Assembly: GCA_038231275.1 (NCBI GenBank)
Contig: JBBRLQ010000002.1
Location: 416,001-480,000, forward strand
DNA: 64,000 nucleotides
Direction: 5' to 3'
Source: Polyangiales bacterium
Lineage (GTDB): Bacteria; Myxococcota_A; Polyangia; Polyangiales; Polyangiaceae
Part shown: one piece after another, positions 8,833 through 16,850 of the stretch
Numbering within the stretch: position 1 is the stretch's first letter
How the letters are laid out: each line of letters opens with the position of its first letter
Position numbers and translations under genes: made by a program
The notes under the pieces: model-generated
Seen by the model: only the letters and a program-made list of their open reading frames with translations
The model's database searches: none
What the model was told of the DNA's origin: nothing

Positions 8833-10553
8833 GCGGCCTCCAGGGCTTGCCGCGCAAACGCCTCGAGCGAGAGAAGCGGCCACAAGGAATGCCAGCCCTC
8901 GTGGTCGATCTCGCCTCGAATGAACGCGTCGAAGGACTGGCGGAATGCAGCGCTGCGAACGACGCCGAGGCCTTCGAGCGCGCGCAACGACGCGAGCTCG
9001 GGGAAGGCTCCGCGGCCCCCGATCGGCGCGTGCATGTCTTCGATCGCGGTCTCGAAGTCGGCCTTGTCGGTGCGCAGCCGCACCCGCTCGGGCACAAGGC
9101 CCGCGAATGCCTCTCGGAAGAGCCCGCGCAGGTACCCCCCCCGAAGGAGACTCTCGGCAGGCAGGCGGGCGACGAAGGAGATCAGCGCCTCGTCGCGAAA
9201 AGGAGTGCGCGTGGCGCATCCGGCCTGGGCGTCGATCGAGCACTGAGCTTCCGACACCTCGAGCGCCCACTTCGAGTCGCTGATGCGGGTGAAGAACTCC
9301 GTAGGCGTCCGCGGACCGAAATCTCCCACGGGCTCTGGCATGGGGCGCCGTAGCACCTCTCGAATGAGCGGGCCCGCCCAGGGGACGCCACGGGAGCCGA
9401 CGCGGCGGCGACGTACGACCCGGCGAATCTGGCGCGGCACGGCGTGCACCGCGATCGGGCGCAGTACGAACTCGTACAGGCGCTGCAAGCGCGAGCTCGT
9501 CCAGGGGACTCGCAGACGGACCGCCGCGCGCGCGGCGCTAACGAAATGGCCGCGGAGTGCCTGGAGCGCGAAGCAGCGTGGATCGCCGTCGAAGAGCTCG
9601 TCTCCGCCTGTGCCGGAGAGGAGCACGTCCGCCCCTTTCTCCCTGGCGAGGTCGAGGAAGCCGAGCTCCCACCCGCCCATCGGCGACGCGTAGGGTTGCC
9701 CGTCGACGACGAGCGACGGCCCCACGAATCGCGCGAAGGTCCCCGGCGAAACGCGCACCGGCAGGAGACCCAGCGCCTTCGCGAGCTCGTTCATGTAGGG
9801 CCGATCGTCGCCACGGCCCGCGAAGTGGAGGCTCAAGGCCAGTACCTCCTTTGCGGTCCCACCCCGCACGAGCGCGACGACCGCCGCCAGCAGCGCGCTC
9901 GAATCGACGCCGCCGCCGGCGAGGACTGCGACCCTTCCGAGGCCATCGATCGACCTGCGGACCGTCGCGAAGATCTCGTCGCGCAGCGCGTGGGCGAGCT
10001 CGTCGGGCTTGCCCGTGAGCGGTGACAGGCTTGGCGGAGGGAGCGTCGTCGACGTGACGGCGCCGCCGGCACCGACGCGGAGCAGCTGGCCGGACACCAA
10101 GCGCTGCACCCCTGTGAACGATGTCGCGCTCGGCCGTGCATGCATGTCGCCCGCGGCAAGCTCCGCCAAACGCATCGCGTCGAGCGCGGGTCGAGCGTCG
10201 AGAGCTCGCACGAGCACCGGTAGACGCGTGCTCGCAAGGACCACCGAGCCCTCTCGCGCCCAGTACATGGCTCGGCCGCCGACGCGACCGCGCGCAACGA
10301 GGAGTCCGCCCTCGTCGAGCTGCACTGCGGCGAAGCAACCGCGCGCGTGCCCTTCGCGCAAGTTGCCGTGAAACGGCCCCGCCGACGCGCACAGGAGCCT
10401 ATCGTCGATGGCGGCACGCTCCTCAGAAGGCCACACGGCGAGGCACGCCCCACCATCACGCAGCACGACAGGCTGCCCCGGCAGGGCGGCGCGCACTCGG
10501 TCGAGACGGGCAACCGCTTCCTCGCACCGAAGCGCGAGTGCGGCGAAGATCAT
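8829..10553 (-). CDS. Asparagine-synthetase-like lasso cyclase (C protein)
   Basis: AGGGVDSS (SGGxDSS-like PP-loop), LSGTGGDELF, TPFRD, R.DKA; directly downstream of the precursor. Confidence 0.9.
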   Translation of the reverse strand: MIFAALALRCEEAVARLDRVRAALPGQPVVLRDGGACLAVWPSEERAAIDDRLLCASAGPFHGNLREGHARGCFAAVQLDEGGLLVARGRVGGRAMYWAREGSVVLASTRLPVLVRALDARPALDAMRLAELAAGDMHARPSATSFTGVQRLVSGQLLRVGAGGAVTSTTLPPPSLSPLTGKPDELAHALRDEIFATVRRSIDGLGRVAVLAGGGVDSSALLAAVVALVRGGTAKEVLALSLHFAGRGDDRPYMNELAKALGLLPVRVSPGTFARFVGPSLVVDGQPYASPMGGWELGFLDLAREKGADVLLSGTGGDELFDGDPRCFALQALRGHFVSAARAAVRLRVPWTSSRLQRLYEFVLRPIAVHAVPRQIRRVVRRRRVGSRGVPWAGPLIREVLRRPMPEPVGDFGPRTPTEFFTRISDSKWALEVSEAQCSIDAQAGCATRTPFRDEALISFVARLPAESLLRGGYLRGLFREAFAGLVPERVRLRTDKADFETAIEDMHAPIGGRGAFPELASLRALEGLGVVRSAAFRQSFDAFIRGEIDHEGWHSLWPLLSLEAFARQALEAA

Positions 10554-10723
10554 CTCTTCTTGTTCTTGGCCGGGAAATCGGAGCGCGCGCCCCCGGTCCC
10601 GCCCAACGTGAGAGACCTCACCGAGCCCAGGTACCGGAGCACGGGCGCACGGTAGGGCCGGCGAACACCGCCCTCGGCCGGCTTCAGCGCCGCACTGCTC
10701 TCTTGCTCGTTCTTGTCGGTCAT
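10550..10723 (-). CDS. Lasso peptide precursor (57 aa; predicted core GGTGGARSDFPAKNKKR)
   Basis: Leader YRAPVL (YxxPxL) and GSVRSLT with Thr at -2; core starts Gly with Asp at position 9; GGAG RBS upstream; stop overlaps cyclase ATG. Confidence 0.9.
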   Translation of the reverse strand: MTDKNEQESSAALKPAEGGVRRPYRAPVLRYLGSVRSLTLGGTGGARSDFPAKNKKR

Positions 10724-10796
10724 CCCCGGGAGCTCCGTTGTACCTATGTGTACTCCAACTGAGTGGCGCCGGGTACGACGAAAATTCACGGCGTCG

Positions 10797-11426
10797 CTAT
10801 TGTGCCGAAGGGAGCACAAGTGCGGGAATTTTCGCGACCTTTCCCTCGTGTGCACGGATGCCGTTCAAGACCAGATCCAGACCGGCGGCCCCTCGACGGG
10901 CGATGCGCGCGTCGCGGTTCAGGGGATGGTTGTGGAAGATGTAGGTCGTGAGCTGAAGGTCCTGAAGTAGCGAAGCCACCTCGTCGCAATCGAGCTCCGG
11001 ACGGAAAATCCCTTGGACGACCCCGAGCCGGAGAACCTCGACCACGTGGCGCGTCCCGTGCGCGCGCAGCTGTTGAAAGCGCTCCTGGCGCGACGGCAAC
11101 AGCTCGCTCGTCTTGCCGAAGAGCAGGTCCTGGACAAGCGGATGGCTCTCTAGATAGGCCATTCCCGCGAGGGACATTCGGACGAGCAACTCGTCGGCGG
11201 GGACCTTCGGGTCGATGAGCTTCGCCACCTCGCTCACCCACGAGGCGACCTCCCGCTCGACGACCTGAAAGAACAGATCCTCCTTGGACTCGCAGGCGAG
11301 GTAGACCGTCCCCTTCGCGACCCCGGCGCCCTTCGCGATGTCGTCCACGGAGGTCTTCTTGAAGCCCCATCGGGCGAACGCCTTGGCTGCCTCAACCAGA
11401 ATGCAGTCTTTTTTCGCGGTGTCCAT
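10797..11426 (-). CDS. TetR/AcrR family transcriptional regulator
   Basis: ILVEAAKAFARWGFKKTSVDDIAKGAGVAKGTVYL...KEDLF HTH; alternative start 11456. Confidence 0.92.
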   Translation of the reverse strand: MDTAKKDCILVEAAKAFARWGFKKTSVDDIAKGAGVAKGTVYLACESKEDLFFQVVEREVASWVSEVAKLIDPKVPADELLVRMSLAGMAYLESHPLVQDLLFGKTSELLPSRQERFQQLRAHGTRHVVEVLRLGVVQGIFRPELDCDEVASLLQDLQLTTYIFHNHPLNRDARIARRGAAGLDLVLNGIRAHEGKVAKIPALVLPSAQ

Positions 11427-11432
11427 GAGCGT

Positions 11433-11455
11433 TGACCGTTTGAACAAAGTAGTCA
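11433..11455. promoter_or_regulatory. Candidate TetR operator
   Basis: Imperfect IR TGAC-cg-TTTG-aa-CAAA-gta-GTCA just upstream of tetR in a divergent intergenic region. Confidence 0.4.
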
Positions 11456-11544
11456 TTCTGCGGCCGCCGTCAACCCCGGCGTGGCCTTGCGTGGCGGACT
11501 CCGGGCAGGCACAACCATCCAGGCCCGGGAGAGAAGCAGCGAAA

Positions 11545-11988
11545 ATGAGCTTGCCTGGAACGACGCTCTGCACAAGCTGTGGCCTTTGCTGCTCCGGTGC
11601 GCTCTTTCCGCGAACCGTCCTGCGCCCGGAGGAAGTGACGTGGGCGCGCGAGAAGCGTCTGCTCTCCGTGATCGACGATCCCGTGGAACCGAGCTTTGCG
11701 CAGCCCTGCGGGCTGCTTCGAGACCGAAGGTGCACCGCGTACGAGGAACGCCCCCAGGTCTGTCGAACGTTTCGATGCAAGCTCTTGAAGCAATTCGAGG
11801 ACGGCGAGATCGGACTCGACATCGCGCTCGCGAAGGTGCGGCGTGTAGAAGTGCTCTTTGCGCGGCTGCCCCACGATGCGACGCCGACAACCGTTGATGC
11901 CTTGCTCGACCTGGGTGAGCTCGAGGCGCTCGCCGCACGGGATTTCCGGGAGTCGACGGAGACAAATTCGTCGAAGGCGCAGAGTTGA
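11545..11988 (+). CDS. YkgJ-family cysteine-cluster (CxxCxxCC) protein, copy 1
   Basis: CTSCGLCC...PCGLL...CTAYEERPQVCRTFRC. Confidence 0.85.
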   Translation: MSLPGTTLCTSCGLCCSGALFPRTVLRPEEVTWAREKRLLSVIDDPVEPSFAQPCGLLRDRRCTAYEERPQVCRTFRCKLLKQFEDGEIGLDIALAKVRRVEVLFARLPHDATPTTVDALLDLGELEALAARDFRESTETNSSKAQS

Positions 11989-12419
11989 CGATGGAGCCTG
12001 GAACGACGCTTTGCACGAGCTGCGGCCTCTGCTGCGCCGGCGCGATCTTCGCCACAGCGACCCTCGAGCCCGAGGAGGTCGAGTGGGCGCGAACCAAACG
12101 CTCCCTCAAGGTCATTCAGCGACCCGAAGGCCCCCGGTTCGAGCTGCCCTGCCATCTCCTCCACGAACGAAAGTGCTCGATCTACGCGGAGCGACGCCCC
12201 GACGTCTGCGGAGCCTTCAAGTGCAAGCTGCTCTCACGCCTCGAAGCGGGCGAGATCCCGCTCGACGCTGCCCTCGTAAAGGTGCGCCGCCTCGACGAGC
12301 TCTTCACGCGCGCGCGCGCGCACGCGACACCTACGACCGTCGAGGCGCTGCTCGATCTGGGTGAATTCGAGGCGCTCGTGACGCGCGATTTCCGCGAGCC
12401 GCTGCCGCCGCCAGCCTGA
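11985..12419 (+). CDS. YkgJ-family cysteine-cluster (CxxCxxCC) protein, copy 2
   Basis: CTSCGLCC...PCHLL...CSIYAERRPDVCGAFKC; clear paralogue of copy 1. Confidence 0.85.
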   Translation: MTMEPGTTLCTSCGLCCAGAIFATATLEPEEVEWARTKRSLKVIQRPEGPRFELPCHLLHERKCSIYAERRPDVCGAFKCKLLSRLEAGEIPLDAALVKVRRLDELFTRARAHATPTTVEALLDLGEFEALVTRDFREPLPPPA

Positions 12420-12423
12420 CCGT

Positions 12424-13209
12424 CTACTTCAGCGCCGCCTTCAGCTGCTGCTCCGCGAGCGCATCGAGCGTCGCGGCACGCTTCACAGTGTCGGCCGGCG
12501 GAGGCGCTGGCGGCGCGGCAGCTACGGTTGGGGCCGGCCGCTTAGCGCCCAGCGGCGCGGCGGTGGCGGTCTGCGCGACGACAACTCCGGTCGGTGCGGG
12601 CGCGACGGGAGCGGCCGCCTGGAATGCGGGGGACGCCTGCGCGGCGGGCGCCACGGGGCTCGCGCCGCCCGCGGGGGTCGGCTTGGAGGCCGCGACCGTG
12701 ACCGTGTCCGCAGCGCCGAAGTTGAGAACGACGGGCGCAGGCTTCGCGGGAACCGGGAGCGGCGCGGCGATGGCGAGCGAAGGAGGCGGAAGCGCGCCCG
12801 CAGCGGCCGGGGGCTCCGAGTGCGAACGACCGTCGAGAGCGTCGAGCATGCGCGTGCTCGCAGCCGATCCGATCGCGCCCAGCGCGAGGAGCGCCGCCGC
12901 CCAAGGGAGGCTCGGACGATTGCCCGCACGTGCGAAGAAGGCCGACATCCGCGACGCGCCACCGCGATCGATGCGCGTGATGAGGAACGTCTCGTCGTGC
13001 ATGGCGTGAGGCGGCGTGGACATCGCGACCGGCGCGACGGAGCCCACTTGCGGCGGACGGATCGTCTTCGCCTTCGGGGGTACGACGCCGGTGTCGACGA
13101 GATCTTCCGGATCGCTCCCTGCGCCGCTCCCGAGCTCGACGAGATCGCCGTCCTCGAGATCGATCGATTTGGTCCGCAGGCGCTTCGGGAAGCGAATCAT
13201 CGTCTCCAC
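12424..13209 (-). CDS. Hypothetical single-TM, Pro/Ala-rich protein
   Basis: Acidic N-terminus, one hydrophobic segment, low-complexity C-terminus. Confidence 0.6.
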   Translation of the reverse strand: METMIRFPKRLRTKSIDLEDGDLVELGSGAGSDPEDLVDTGVVPPKAKTIRPPQVGSVAPVAMSTPPHAMHDETFLITRIDRGGASRMSAFFARAGNRPSLPWAAALLALGAIGSAASTRMLDALDGRSHSEPPAAAGALPPPSLAIAAPLPVPAKPAPVVLNFGAADTVTVAASKPTPAGGASPVAPAAQASPAFQAAAPVAPAPTGVVVAQTATAAPLGAKRPAPTVAAAPPAPPPADTVKRAATLDALAEQQLKAALK

Positions 13210-13381
13210 TTAGGTGTGGACCAATGAGGGGACTTTGTCGAGGCGCCCCCACAATCTTTCCCGCCCGACTGCAAACGTACGCAAAAACCAGGTGTGATGT
13301 CGTCGTAGCTGCGACCGAAATTCATGAAAACGCTGCAAGTTAGGAGCGTGATTCGTCGCCGTCTCGTAAACTCGCTCCCGC

Positions 13382-13999
13382 ATGAACGGCGCAGTTGTCG
13401 GGAACGGCGGCGGGCAGTGGTTGGTGCGCGGATCGAAGATCGCGGTCTTCGAACTTCCGCCGGCGACCCCTCACGAGACGCCTCATTTCACACCTCATGA
13501 ACGGCCTCATGACGGCGCCGAGATCGATCTCGATCTCTCTGACGCCGAGCGGACGTCGAAGCGTCAGATCGCAGCGGCCGACCCCGTCCCCGATCCGGCG
13601 GGCAACACGAGCGAGATCGACGTCGACGACATCCTCACCGCGGTGCCGATCGATCCGACGGTCCCTTTCGAGATGCGCGTCCCCGACAAGGTGCACGCCC
13701 GCGCGGCGCGCCTGACCGCGCAGCTGCCACAGCCAAGCGCGCGCGCCATCGTCGACGCGCCGAGCCGCTCCGCGCCGCCGAAGAGCAGCACTCTCTTCGC
13801 GGCGGTCTTCGCCGTGGTCTCTGTGCTCGGCGTCGGCGGCGGCGTCGTCGCCTACAAGACCGCGCCCATCCCTTCGGCCACCGCGCACGCCTTCAAGGCG
13901 GCTGCGGCGGCGAAGGTGATGGCGCAGCGTCCCTCGGTGATCGTCGGCGCCGCGGTCCCGACGGTCAGCGTCGATAGCCTCCCGCGCGCGCGCCGTTAG
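13382..13999 (+). CDS. Hypothetical single-TM protein
   Basis: Acidic N-region, TM segment, PTVSVDSLP tail; start uncertain. Confidence 0.6.
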   Translation: MNGAVVGNGGGQWLVRGSKIAVFELPPATPHETPHFTPHERPHDGAEIDLDLSDAERTSKRQIAAADPVPDPAGNTSEIDVDDILTAVPIDPTVPFEMRVPDKVHARAARLTAQLPQPSARAIVDAPSRSAPPKSSTLFAAVFAVVSVLGVGGGVVAYKTAPIPSATAHAFKAAAAAKVMAQRPSVIVGAAVPTVSVDSLPRARR

Positions 14000-14040
14000 C
14001 GCCCTTCGCTTCGCGAGGGAATCCAGCTATAAACGCGCGC

Positions 14041-14916
14041 ATGATCCGACCTCACGCCGCGTTCGCGCTCGCTGCCATCGTCCTCATCGGCGTGGGCTGC
14101 AACAAGTTCAAGAAGGACTCCGGCGACGGGGGCGAAGGCTCCGGCGGCGGCGGCGGGCTCTCGCTCTTCGGCAAGCCGTTCGAGGGCAAGATCGATCTCC
14201 AGTTCTCGGACAAGAAAGCCGGCAAGCCGCCCGTGCCCTTCACCTACGAGGTGAAGCAGCCGAAGATGCGCTTCGACCTCCCGTCGTCGATCGGCGCCGA
14301 CATCCCGCAGATCGGCAAGAGTGTGTGGGCCCTGTTCGATCCGCCCGCGAAGAAGCTCTACGGCGTGATGGACGACCCCAAGAAGGCCGTCGTCTTCGAC
14401 TTCGACAAGATCGGCGACGACGTCAAGAAGGCGAAGGGCGGGCATCACTCCTCGTCGTCCTCCGGCGGCACCTCCGACCCTCCGCCGAAGTTCGAGAAGA
14501 CCGGCAAGATCGAGACGGTCGCCGGCTACGAGTGCGAGATCTGGAAGATCATCGAGGACAAGCCGAGCCAGAAGAAGAAGGAGGAGATCGACCTCTGCAT
14601 GGCGAAGAAAATCGGCTTCCTCGATCTGCGCACGATGGGCATCGGCACGATGGATCCCAAGATCGCCGTCCTGATGACGCTCACGGACATGAACCACTTC
14701 CCGCTCCGCGTCGTCATGAACGAGAATGGCGCCGAGACCGGGCGAATGGAAGCGACGAAGATCGAGGAGAAGAAGCTGGAGGACGCGCGCTTCGCGGTGC
14801 CGGCCGACTACCAGATCCTGACGCTCGATCAGATGATCCAGACCTTCATGACACCGGGCATGGGCTCGGGCAGGCCGCCGGGGATGCCGAACATCCCTCA
14901 GCCCCACCACAAGTGA
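14041..14916 (+). CDS. Lipoprotein, DUF4412-like domain
   Basis: Lipobox IGVGC; KTGKIETVAGYECE and FAVPADY motifs; strong codon bias. Confidence 0.75.
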   Translation: MIRPHAAFALAAIVLIGVGCNKFKKDSGDGGEGSGGGGGLSLFGKPFEGKIDLQFSDKKAGKPPVPFTYEVKQPKMRFDLPSSIGADIPQIGKSVWALFDPPAKKLYGVMDDPKKAVVFDFDKIGDDVKKAKGGHHSSSSSGGTSDPPPKFEKTGKIETVAGYECEIWKIIEDKPSQKKKEEIDLCMAKKIGFLDLRTMGIGTMDPKIAVLMTLTDMNHFPLRVVMNENGAETGRMEATKIEEKKLEDARFAVPADYQILTLDQMIQTFMTPGMGSGRPPGMPNIPQPHHK

Positions 14917-14922
14917 TCGCCG

Positions 14923-15675
14923 TCAGACGCGCGTGCGGTGCGTCGCGTAGCCGACGAAGAATGGGCCCATCTTCTGGATGAACTCGCTCGTCTGCTTCGT
15001 CTTGCGCATCGACTGGACGAGGTGGCTGAGCGGGTGCAGCTCCTTGCCGACGAGGCCGATGACGAACTCGTTGTCCTCGGAGTCGATGCCGTGGCACGCG
15101 AGGCGAATGTCCGTGCCGAGGCCCTGCTGCCCGTACGCGTGGCCGATGGTGCCGTGCTCGCGGAGGATGCCGCTCTGAACCTGCGGCTCGAGCGCCGCGA
15201 ACGCGCCGGTGCGCCGTAGGGGGTACCAGACGTGCCACGGGGTCGCCTCGTCCATGACGTTGTCGATCGAGCGCTGGAGGAGCCAGTGCGCGAGATCCGG
15301 TTCGTGGCCGAGCGCGTACGTGCGGCCGATCATCGTGAACGACGGACGATGAACGACGCTGGCGAGCGGACCCTCCGCGAACGCGGGGCGGACGGCGCGC
15401 ACGAAGTGGGCGGGATCCTCGCTCCACGTCAGCAGACCAACGCCGGTCGGCGCGTTCGCGTCGGCGTACACCACCGACGGGACCTTCCGCGCGCCCATCG
15501 CTTCTTGGGTGGCTTTCGCGACCTTCTCCGCCGACGTGCCCGCCGCAGCGTCGAAGACGAGGAGCTGCATGAAGAGGCGCCGGTTCATGTGCTGGCGCTC
15601 GCCGTCCTTCTTTCCCCCGTACTCGTTGACGTCGATGTGGGGGAGGCCGGGCGGCTTGGCTTCGGGCTGCGTCAT
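14923..15675 (-). CDS. Chlorite dismutase family / coproheme decarboxylase (ChdC/HemQ)-like protein
   Basis: WYPLRR, EHGTIG (proximal His), GIDSEDNEFVIG, MRKT, GPFFVG. Confidence 0.8.
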   Translation of the reverse strand: MTQPEAKPPGLPHIDVNEYGGKKDGERQHMNRRLFMQLLVFDAAAGTSAEKVAKATQEAMGARKVPSVVYADANAPTGVGLLTWSEDPAHFVRAVRPAFAEGPLASVVHRPSFTMIGRTYALGHEPDLAHWLLQRSIDNVMDEATPWHVWYPLRRTGAFAALEPQVQSGILREHGTIGHAYGQQGLGTDIRLACHGIDSEDNEFVIGLVGKELHPLSHLVQSMRKTKQTSEFIQKMGPFFVGYATHRTRV

Positions 15676-15727
15676 GGCACGAATGCTACCAGACCGTGCC
15701 GCGCCCGGCGCGCTACGATGGATACGG

Positions 15728-16840
15728 ATGCGCAACTACATCGCGCTCGCGATCCCGCTCTTCTTCGTGATGATCGGCGTGGAGCTCCTCGTGGCCCGCG
15801 CGAAGCGGGCGCGCGTGTACCGCACGAACGACGCGCTCACCGATCTGTCGTGCGGCATCCAGCAGCAGACCCTCCTCATCTTCGAGCGCAGTGCGCAGCT
15901 CGCGATCTTCGCGTGGGCGTACCAGCACCGCGTGACGACGCTCCCGGTCTGGGCGGATTGGCTCCTTGCGTGGGTCGGCGTCGATTTTCTCTACTACTGG
16001 TGGCACCGGATGAGCCACGAGGTGAACTTCATGTGGGCGGCCCACGTCGTCCACCACCAGAGCGAGGACTACAACCTCGCGGTCGCGCTTCGGCAGTCCA
16101 TCCTCACGAGCTGGACGACCCTCCCCTTCTACTTGCCGCTGTCGCTCGCCGGCGTATCGCTCACAGCGTTCGCCACCGCGGCGTCGTTCAGCACGCTCTA
16201 CCAGTTTTGGATCCACACCGAGCTCGTCGGCAAGGTGAAGGGGCCCGTCGACTGGATCTTGAATTTGCCGAGCCACCATCGCGTGCATCATGCAATCAAT
16301 CCGCAGTACCTCGACAAGAACTACGGCGCGATACTCATCGTGTGGGATCGGATTTTTGGCACGTACGCCGAGGAGATCGAGTCCTGCGTCTATGGCACGA
16401 CCAAGCCGCTCGCCAGCTTCAACCCTGTGTGGGCGCAGCTGCACTACTGGCCGGAGCTGGCGAGCATGGCGGCGCGTGCGCGAGGGATCGACAAGCTGAA
16501 GGTTTGGTTCGCGTCGCCGGCGTGGAAGCCGCGCGGGCAGGAGGTCGCGCCCGGTCCGCCCCCGCGTCGGGAGACGTTCCACAAGTACGATCCCCCGGTG
16601 TCGCGCGCGCGGGCGATCTACGTGCTCTCGCAGTACGCGATCCTGGTGGCGCTGACGTTCACGCTCATGATGTGGGAGGCGAGCCTGCCGCGCGTCGTGC
16701 TCGTCCTCGCGGCGCTGTGCATCTTCGGCGCGGTGCTCTCGGTGGGGGCGATCATCGAGAAGAAGCGGTGGGCGATCCCGCTCGAAGTGACGCGCCTCGC
16801 GGTCGGCGCCGCGGCGCTCGTGATGTGGCTGCGCCGATAG
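15728..16840 (+). CDS. Sterol desaturase family, alkylglycerol monooxygenase-like di-iron membrane enzyme
   Basis: HRMSHE, HVVHHQSEDYNLAVALRQS, FWIHTE, PSHHRVHH, DKNYG. Confidence 0.85.
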   Translation: MRNYIALAIPLFFVMIGVELLVARAKRARVYRTNDALTDLSCGIQQQTLLIFERSAQLAIFAWAYQHRVTTLPVWADWLLAWVGVDFLYYWWHRMSHEVNFMWAAHVVHHQSEDYNLAVALRQSILTSWTTLPFYLPLSLAGVSLTAFATAASFSTLYQFWIHTELVGKVKGPVDWILNLPSHHRVHHAINPQYLDKNYGAILIVWDRIFGTYAEEIESCVYGTTKPLASFNPVWAQLHYWPELASMAARARGIDKLKVWFASPAWKPRGQEVAPGPPPRRETFHKYDPPVSRARAIYVLSQYAILVALTFTLMMWEASLPRVVLVLAALCIFGAVLSVGAIIEKKRWAIPLEVTRLAVGAAALVMWLRR

Positions 16841-16850
16841 AGATCGGCGT

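Noticed and set aside
10797-12164. 455-aa ORF suggesting an extended TetR
   Set aside because: The extension is antisense to the CxxCxxCC genes; TetR begins at 11426 or 11456.
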